From Candidatus Alistipes merdigallinarum (GTDB lineage Bacteria > Bacteroidota > Bacteroidia > Bacteroidales > Rikenellaceae), in assembly GCA_019119305.1 (NCBI GenBank), contig DWXH01000025.1, forward strand, positions 18,681-82,680: a stretch of 64,000 bases of DNA, written 5' to 3'. The notes below the pieces were generated by a model. That model was not told the origin of the DNA. It saw only the letters and a list, made by a program, of their open reading frames with translations, and searched no databases. The first letter of the stretch is position 1, and every line of letters starts with the position of its first letter. The position numbers and the translations under genes are program-made. This document shows positions 58,873 through 64,000 of this stretch, piece after piece.

Positions 58873-60690
58873 ATGTACGACGCCAAAGCGTTAGGTGAGA
58901 AAAATCTCGTAGAATTGCGCGAGATCGGTAGAGGTTTGGGCATTAAGGCCCAGTTGCGTAAGCAGGATTTGATTGAGCGGATCATCGCCCTGTCTTCAGA
59001 GGGTAAGAGTGAAGGTCGGTCGGTTGAAGAAGACCGAGGAGGTGAAGCTCCCCGGACGGAACGGAAACGACGTGGCCGTCTTCCGAAGGCAGAGGCAGTG
59101 CCGGTTGCCCTTTCAGAAGAACCGAGCGAGAAAAACGAGGCTCCTGTAAAGGAGCAGGAACCGGATCGGATGGTGGAGGCCCCGCGGCAATCGACAGCAG
59201 TGCGGCAAGAGCAGAAGCGTCGCGGCCGTCGTCCGAAAGGGGTGTCCCGCACTACGGAGGAGCCCGTGTCCCAAAGTGGTGATACGGCCGTAGAGGTAAA
59301 GTCAGAGGAGGGGACATCCGAAAATCCAGTGGCCGGGCATGCCGGGCCTTCCGAGAAAAATAAGCAGGGGTATGAACGCAAGCGGACTCGCATCGGTTTC
59401 AATCGCCCCGGACAAAATGCAAATGCGAATCCCTCGGGAACCAACTCTTCCGTTTCGGGGAAACCGGCAGGTAACGGGGAGTCGGCTTCTGCGGTGAATC
59501 CATCAGCTCCAACATCAGGTGAGATGCGTGAGGAGGCTAAAAATGCAGTACGCAAAGAACAACACGAAGATTTTCTTGGAACGATCCAAGGGGAGGGCGT
59601 ATTGGAAGTCATGCCGGACGGTTATGGCTTCTTGCGCTCTCCTGACTATAATTATTTGAACTCTCCGGACGATGTTTATGTGTCGCCCTCCCAGATCAAG
59701 CTTTTCGGATTGAAGGCTGGTGATACGGTTCAGGGGATTATTCGTCCGCCGAAAGAGGGAGAAAAATATTTCCCGTTGGTCAAAGTGAACCGGATCAATG
59801 GATTGGCTCCGGATGAAGTGCGCGATCGGGTTCAGTTCGAGTTCATGACCCCATTGTTCCCTTCAGAAAAGTTCAATTTGACAGGGAACGGGCATAACAA
59901 TCTTTCGATTCGGGTGATCGATCTCTTTTCCCCGATCGGTAAAGGACAGCGTGGCTTGATCGTAGCCCAGCCGAAAACCGGAAAGACCATGTTGCTGCAG
60001 TCGATCGCCAATGCGATTGCCGATAACCATCCGGAAGTCTACTTGATCGTTCTGCTGATCGATGAGCGTCCGGAAGAGGTGACGGAGATGGCCCGGAACG
60101 TAAAGGCCGAAGTGGTGGCTTCGACTTTCGATGAGCAGGCTACCCGTCACGTAAAGGTGGCTGAAATGGTCCTCGAAAAGGCGAAACGGATGGTCGAGTG
60201 TGGACACGATGTCGTTATTCTACTCGATTCGATTACCCGCTTGGCCCGGGCATACAATACGGTTCAGCCTGCGTCGGGAAAAGTTCTGTCGGGAGGTGTC
60301 GACGCCAATGCGTTGCATAAACCGAAACGTTTCTTCGGAGCTGCCCGTAATACCGAAGAGCGGGGGTCGTTGACGATTATCGCTACGGCATTGATCGATA
60401 CCGGATCGAAGATGGATGAGGTGATTTTCGAGGAGTTCAAAGGTACCGGAAACATGGAGTTGCAGCTCGACCGGAAACTCTCCAACAAACGTATCTATCC
60501 GGCGGTCGATATTATGGCTTCGGGAACACGTCGGGAGGATCTGTTGGTCAGCAAGGAGGTGTTGCAAAAGGTGTGGGTATTGCGCCGCTATCTCTCCGAT
60601 ATGAACTCTACGGAGGCGATGGAGGTAATAAAGAAACACATGGAGGGGACCCGTTCGAACGAGGAGCTGTTGGTTACGATGAATCAGTAA
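58873..60690 (+). CDS. rho: Transcription termination factor Rho with ~195-aa disordered N-terminal insertion
   Basis: 605 aa with an N-terminal Rho_N helix bundle, a low-complexity insert (aa ~41-236), then '[14 protein letters not shown]' (CSD), Walker A '[15 protein letters not shown]', and the Q/R loops. Confidence 0.95.
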   Translation: MYDAKALGEKNLVELREIGRGLGIKAQLRKQDLIERIIALSSEGKSEGRSVEEDRGGEAPRTERKRRGRLPKAEAVPVALSEEPSEKNEAPVKEQEPDRMVEAPRQSTAVRQEQKRRGRRPKGVSRTTEEPVSQSGDTAVEVKSEEGTSENPVAGHAGPSEKNKQGYERKRTRIGFNRPGQNANANPSGTNSSVSGKPAGNGESASAVNPSAPTSGEMREEAKNAVRKEQHEDFLGTIQGEGVLEVMPDGYGFLRSPDYNYLNSPDDVYVSPSQIKLFGLKAGDTVQGIIRPPKEGEKYFPLVKVNRINGLAPDEVRDRVQFEFMTPLFPSEKFNLTGNGHNNLSIRVIDLFSPIGKGQRGLIVAQPKTGKTMLLQSIANAIADNHPEVYLIVLLIDERPEEVTEMARNVKAEVVASTFDEQATRHVKVAEMVLEKAKRMVECGHDVVILLDSITRLARAYNTVQPASGKVLSGGVDANALHKPKRFFGAARNTEERGSLTIIATALIDTGSKMDEVIFEEFKGTGNMELQLDRKLSNKRIYPAVDIMASGTRREDLLVSKEVLQKVWVLRRYLSDMNSTEAMEVIKKHMEGTRSNEELLVTMNQ

Positions 60691-60710
60691 ATTTTTCGAG
60701 AAGTAAAATC

Positions 60711-61379
60711 ATGAAAAAAACGATATTATTTATTGGCGTTATGCTGTTGGCTGTCGGAGTCTCTTCTGCTCAGCCTCGTTTTTCATTCGGACCGAAAGTC
60801 GGGGTCAATTTGTCGAACCTTTATATCGATGCCGAAGGCGTTGAAGAAGCGGATATTGTAGGGATAAAGCCGGGATTGCTGATCGGTGCTTTTGCTGAGT
60901 ATGATTTTACACCGGCTATTGGCGTATCGATTGATTTGCTTTACTCTCGTGAAGGAACGGAAAGTAACCGGTTTGATTACCCTTCTCAAAAGGGCTATTA
61001 TTACAAACATAAATATTCGTTGCAATATTTGAATATTCCCGTACTTGTTAATTTCTATCTGGCACGAGGACTGGCTGTTAAAGCCGGTATACAACCTGGT
61101 GTGCTTTTGGGTGCGAAATATCGTGTCGAGTGGGAGTATGGAGAGCAGGACGGTGTCGAAAATCAGGACATAAAAGATAATTTACTCCCTTATGATATAT
61201 CTATCCCGATCGGTTTGTCCTATACGTTCGATTACGGCCTGTTTATCGATGGCAGGTATAATTTGTCTTTGTGTGATATCATGAACCAGTCGACCAAACA
61301 GAATTTGGAGCTGGATGGCGTGACTTATCACAAAGTGAAAAATCGCTCCTTCTCGTTTTCGGTCGGGTGGAAATTCTAA
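60711..61379 (+). CDS. Small outer-membrane beta-barrel (porin-family/OMP_b-brl-like) protein
   Basis: 222 aa from the ATG at 60711 ('MKKTILFIGVMLLAVGVSSAQ' signal peptide), ending 'SFSVGWKF' (C-terminal Phe beta-signal). Confidence 0.7.
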   Translation: MKKTILFIGVMLLAVGVSSAQPRFSFGPKVGVNLSNLYIDAEGVEEADIVGIKPGLLIGAFAEYDFTPAIGVSIDLLYSREGTESNRFDYPSQKGYYYKHKYSLQYLNIPVLVNFYLARGLAVKAGIQPGVLLGAKYRVEWEYGEQDGVENQDIKDNLLPYDISIPIGLSYTFDYGLFIDGRYNLSLCDIMNQSTKQNLELDGVTYHKVKNRSFSFSVGWKF

Positions 61380-61416
61380 ACCGCCCGTTTCCCATGCATA
61401 ACGAAAACGAGCGGTT
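61380..61416. terminator. Hairpin between convergent OMP and hydrolase genes
   Basis: 11 bp stem ACCGCCCGTTT/AAACGAGCGGT with one mismatch. The flanking T-runs are weak. Confidence 0.4.
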
Positions 61417-61433
61417 GAGATTCGATAGCAGCG

Positions 61434-62516
61434 TTATCCGATTTCGATCGGGACGAGTGGCTGTTGTTTGATTTCGTCAAGAGGGAGTGCCCGATATTTG
61501 ATTGTCCCGAAATCGATACTGTTGAGGTCTATTTTGCGGATGGTGCTGTTGTACATCGTCCGGAAGTAGATGGTCCGATGGGTAATATCCGTAGCAGAAG
61601 TCCATTGTGTTGCGCTCGGAATGTCGGTTGGAGTGGTCCCTTTGCTGAATTCGATACCGATGGGGATATCGAAGTTGTTCAGAATCTGGAAACATTGGAG
61701 TACCGTGTTGGGACCTGAATCCTGTTGCGGAGCCGTATTTTGGTAGAAAGCTGCCCGGACAAAGCGAGAGGGCGGAGTTATGTCGCCCGGGAGCCCAAGA
61801 AAACCGCTTCCTGCTCCAAACGGTGCGAGTTCGATGCCTCCGAAGGAGTGTTGTGGAGCAGCACCCGAAACAAGATTCACGTAGTTGTTCAGGTTGGTCA
61901 GTTGCCAGTCTAATCCCGGCGAATTGGTTAGAACACCCAATTTGTTTTCATAAAAAACGGGTGTCTCATCGATGATCTCCAGTACGATCTGTCTTCCTGT
62001 AACGTCAGTAAATCGCCAGTGAACGGTTGACGCTTGGGGGTAGGTCGCGATGACCCTTACTTTTTGAATCTCCTCTTTGACCTCATCGACGGTTTTGCAT
62101 TGGCCTAAAATCCAAGAGACCAACTGAAGGTCTGCAATGCTGTGTTCCTTTTGTGCAGGATCGAAGGATTCATATTTTCCATACCCAGGAAAATAAAACA
62201 ATCCGGCGGCAAGTCCTGCTTCGTTGATGCCCTCTGCGACGAATGCTTCACGTTCGACCGCCAGCCCGACATATCCGTAACGGGCGGTGAATTTCATCCC
62301 GTCGATTCCCTGCGGGGTGTAGGATTGTTGTTCATAGCCACGCGGCACCACGACATAAAGGCTGTTCAGATTGCTGCCTCCCCATTCAATGGTTCGGGCA
62401 ACGACGTGTGAACTGTCTCGGGAGGTTAAAGTAATCCCCGTGCAGGCCGAGGTTTTTTGTAAAGAGATACCCAGAACGGTAATGAGTGTCAATAGTGGGA
62501 GGAAAAATCGATTCAT
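61434..62516 (-). CDS. Choloylglycine hydrolase family (Ntn linear-amide C-N hydrolase; bile salt hydrolase/penicillin V acylase-like)
   Basis: 360 aa. The signal peptide ends '...KTSA|CTGITL', which would expose the N-terminal nucleophile Cys. Family blocks include 'NEAGLA' and 'VLTNSP'. Confidence 0.85.
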   Translation of the reverse strand: MNRFFLPLLTLITVLGISLQKTSACTGITLTSRDSSHVVARTIEWGGSNLNSLYVVVPRGYEQQSYTPQGIDGMKFTARYGYVGLAVEREAFVAEGINEAGLAAGLFYFPGYGKYESFDPAQKEHSIADLQLVSWILGQCKTVDEVKEEIQKVRVIATYPQASTVHWRFTDVTGRQIVLEIIDETPVFYENKLGVLTNSPGLDWQLTNLNNYVNLVSGAAPQHSFGGIELAPFGAGSGFLGLPGDITPPSRFVRAAFYQNTAPQQDSGPNTVLQCFQILNNFDIPIGIEFSKGTTPTDIPSATQWTSATDITHRTIYFRTMYNSTIRKIDLNSIDFGTIKYRALPLDEIKQQPLVPIEIG

Positions 62517-62867
62517 AATATTGAAAAGTTGAATGGTTTGACGATGAAATAGTTTTGTCCTGCCGGATTCCTTAAAATGTTTCGGAAGTCCGGATCAAAT
62601 GGGCCGAGCCAGACGAGGTGCAAAAATCTTGCGGTTTGTTATGGCGGCAATAGTTTATTTCGTTTGATTCTTTTCCATTTCGGGTTTTGTTATGTATGTA
62701 TGGGTAATGTGTGCGACATTATAGTGCAGGAGGCGATGCTGTATTTTCGTTTACGTAGATTCTCTTGCTCGCAAAGATGTGAGCAGAGACCAAACGACAA
62801 GTTACCAAAAAGATTGAATATTTGTTGTGATTTTCGAAAACAAATTTGCAAATACAGAATAAAACGC

Positions 62868-62875
62868 TACCTTTG
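62868..62875 (+). promoter_or_regulatory. -7 box TACCTTTG for tRNA-Leu(CAA)
   Basis: Ends 21 nt before the tRNA 5' end, with a TTTG (-33-like) element about 23 nt upstream. Confidence 0.6.
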
Positions 62876-62895
62876 TCGTCCGGAAAGTGATCCAA

Positions 62896-62977
62896 GCCCA
62901 GATGGCGGAATTGGTAGACGCGCTGGTCTCAAACACCAGTGGAGCGATCCGTGCCGGTTCGATCCCGGCTCTGGGTA
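62896..62977 (+). tRNA. tRNA-Leu (anticodon CAA), long variable arm
   Basis: Acceptor GCCCAGA/TCTGGGT, anticodon stem CTGGT/ACCAG with loop CTCAAAC, T arm GCCGG-TTCGATC-CCGGC. 82 nt. Confidence 0.9.
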
Positions 62978-62984
62978 CAAGGAA

Positions 62985-63030
62985 AAGAGTTAAGTAATGA
63001 ATAATCAATTACTTAACTCTTTTTATTTTT
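62985..63030 (+). terminator. Terminator after tRNA-Leu(CAA)
   Basis: Perfect 13 bp stem AAGAGTTAAGTAA/TTACTTAACTCTT followed by TTTTATTTTT. Confidence 0.8.
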
Positions 63031-63033
63031 AAG

Positions 63034-63055
63034 ATTGTTCCCAAATTGTTCCCAA
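63034..63055 (+). repeat. Perfect 2 x 11 bp tandem direct repeat ATTGTTCCCAA
   Basis: Read directly: ATTGTTCCCAA|ATTGTTCCCAA, starting 4 nt after the tRNA-Leu terminator. Confidence 0.9.
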
Positions 63056-63263
63056 TGATTCTGTATCAAATTGCCTTTAGGCGTTTGTGATATTTTTCAA
63101 TAAGTCTTGTACTGCTGGGCTATTTTCGAATAACAACTCATTCAAAAGAGGAGAATAACATTGCTTTGTTAATCTTTGATTGACAGACCTATAGATAAAA
63201 TGTAAGGCTAAAATTTAGTTCTAATGATTCCCCAAAAAATGAAATGGATACAGTAAAATTAAT

Positions 63264-63271
63264 TACCTTTG
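63264..63271 (+). promoter_or_regulatory. -7 box TACCTTTG for the sigma-54 activator gene
   Basis: 14 nt upstream of the ATG at 63285, or 20 nt upstream of the second ATG at 63291. Confidence 0.45.
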
Positions 63272-63284
63272 ACAGAAGATTATA

Positions 63285-64000
63285 ATGGATATGTCAAGGA
63301 TTCTGATTATAGATGACGAGAGGCAACTACGCAAATTATTGGCTCGCATCATAAGTCTTGAAGGTTATGAAGTTCTCGAGGCCGACGATTGCGCCCACGG
63401 CATGAAAATGCTTTCGCAATATGATTTCGAAGTCGTATTGTGCGATGTCAAGCTGCCCGATGGCAATGGGGTCGAGCAGGTAAGCAAAATAAAGCAAGCA
63501 GCGCCTTTAACCGAGGTAATCCTACTCACGGCCTATGGCAATATTCCCGATGGCGTACAGGCCATTAAGAACGGTGCTTTCGACTACATCACAAAAGGCG
63601 ACGATAACAATAAGATTCTGCCGCTTTTGAGCCGTGCAGTCGAAAAATCCGAACTGCAGAAACGATTGGCCAGATACGAAACAAAAAACTCGGCCGAGTA
63701 CTCCTTTGACCGCATCATAGGCTCTTCTACTGCCATGCGCCAGGCCGTAGAGCTGGCACGGAAAGTGGCCGGAAGCGATACATTTGTACTTCTCACCGGC
63801 GAAACGGGAACCGGCAAGGAGGTCTTTGCCAATGCCATCCACCATGCCAGCGCACGTGCCAAAGAGGCTTTTGTCGCCGTAAACTGTTCGGCTTTTGCCA
63901 AAGAACTGCTCGAAGGCGAACTCTTCGGGCACAAGGCGGGAAGTTTTACCGGCGCCAACAAAGATAAAAAAGGATTACTGGAGGAGGCCGACAGCGGCAC
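63285..64000 (+). CDS. Sigma-54-dependent response regulator (NtrC family), 3' end cut by window edge
   Basis: Not in the ORF track because no stop occurs before the window end. Translation gives 'MDMSRILIIDDERQLRKLL...VVLCDVKLPDGNG...' (REC domain) followed by AAA+ 'TFVLLTGETGTGKEVFANAIH...ELFGHKAGSFTGA' (GAFTGA-like loop). Confidence 0.88.
   Translation, partial: MDMSRILIIDDERQLRKLLARIISLEGYEVLEADDCAHGMKMLSQYDFEVVLCDVKLPDGNGVEQVSKIKQAAPLTEVILLTAYGNIPDGVQAIKNGAFDYITKGDDNNKILPLLSRAVEKSELQKRLARYETKNSAEYSFDRIIGSSTAMRQAVELARKVAGSDTFVLLTGETGTGKEVFANAIHHASARAKEAFVAVNCSAFAKELLEGELFGHKAGSFTGANKDKKGLLEEADSG

Noticed and set aside
58791-58898. A 35-codon upstream ORF (MPSKSFVGCFPFGKQC...) overlapping the rho start codon out of frame; a possible leader peptide.
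   Set aside because: Its ATG begins only 3 nt after the -7 box, so it should lie upstream of the transcription start. This could be reconsidered only if the TSS maps further upstream.
58725-59612. A 295-aa ORF antisense to the rho 5' region.
   Set aside because: It lies opposite the low-complexity GA/GC-rich Rho insertion. Its translation is Ser/Arg/Pro-rich low complexity, and it starts inside kdsB. It is an artefact of sequence composition.
62577-62993. A 138-aa ORF spanning the intergenic region and running through tRNA-Leu(CAA).
   Set aside because: It overlaps a well-folded tRNA and its promoter box, and the translation has no protein-like features.
1-64000. I looked for CRISPR arrays, rRNA genes, IS elements and transposases, integrases, prophage or conjugation modules, toxin-antitoxin pairs and known defence-system gene sets.
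   Set aside because: I saw no regularly spaced short repeats, no rRNA-like sequence, and no recombinase, transposase or phage structural motifs in any listed ORF. The only repeats found are the esterase gene triplication and the 2x11-bp repeat at 63034.

Overview
This 64 kb window looks like a chromosomal segment from a Bacteroidota genome, probably Bacteroidales, with roughly mid-50s % G+C judged by eye. The phylum call rests on three things: a fused LpxC/FabZ gene, a Rho factor with a long disordered N-terminal insertion, and TAnnTTTG '-7' promoter boxes in front of many genes and all three tRNAs. Most of the content is core housekeeping. This includes rimP-nusA-infB, lpxA and lpxC/fabZ, fabI, ftsH-cdsA-psd, rsfS, oxyR, serB, ileS, rnhA, miaA, kdsB, rho, tsaD and tamB, plus tRNA-Lys(TTT), tRNA-Leu(TAA) and tRNA-Leu(CAA). 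I saw no rRNA, CRISPR array, IS element, integrase, transposase or prophage module. I do not see a clear-cut novel multi-gene system such as a defence island. The best candidates for follow-up are listed here. (1) A hemerythrin/RIC-like gene translationally coupled to a LuxR-type regulator whose receiver domain appears to lack the phospho-acceptor Asp. (2) A tight six-gene envelope operon (beta-barrel OMP, imelysin, di-haem DUF1111, porin, mono-haem lipoprotein, tandem RidA/chorismatase-like protein). (3) An AT-rich orphan gene encoding six 21-residue LRR-like repeats, inserted inside a tandem triplication of SASA-type O-acetylesterase genes downstream of a GH43 gene. (4) A terminator-like hairpin in the rimP-nusA-infB leader. 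(5) AT-hook-like motifs in the Rho insertion. All product calls come from motif and family recognition by eye, with no database search. Several start codons were revised from the ORF track using promoter position and N-terminal sequence.
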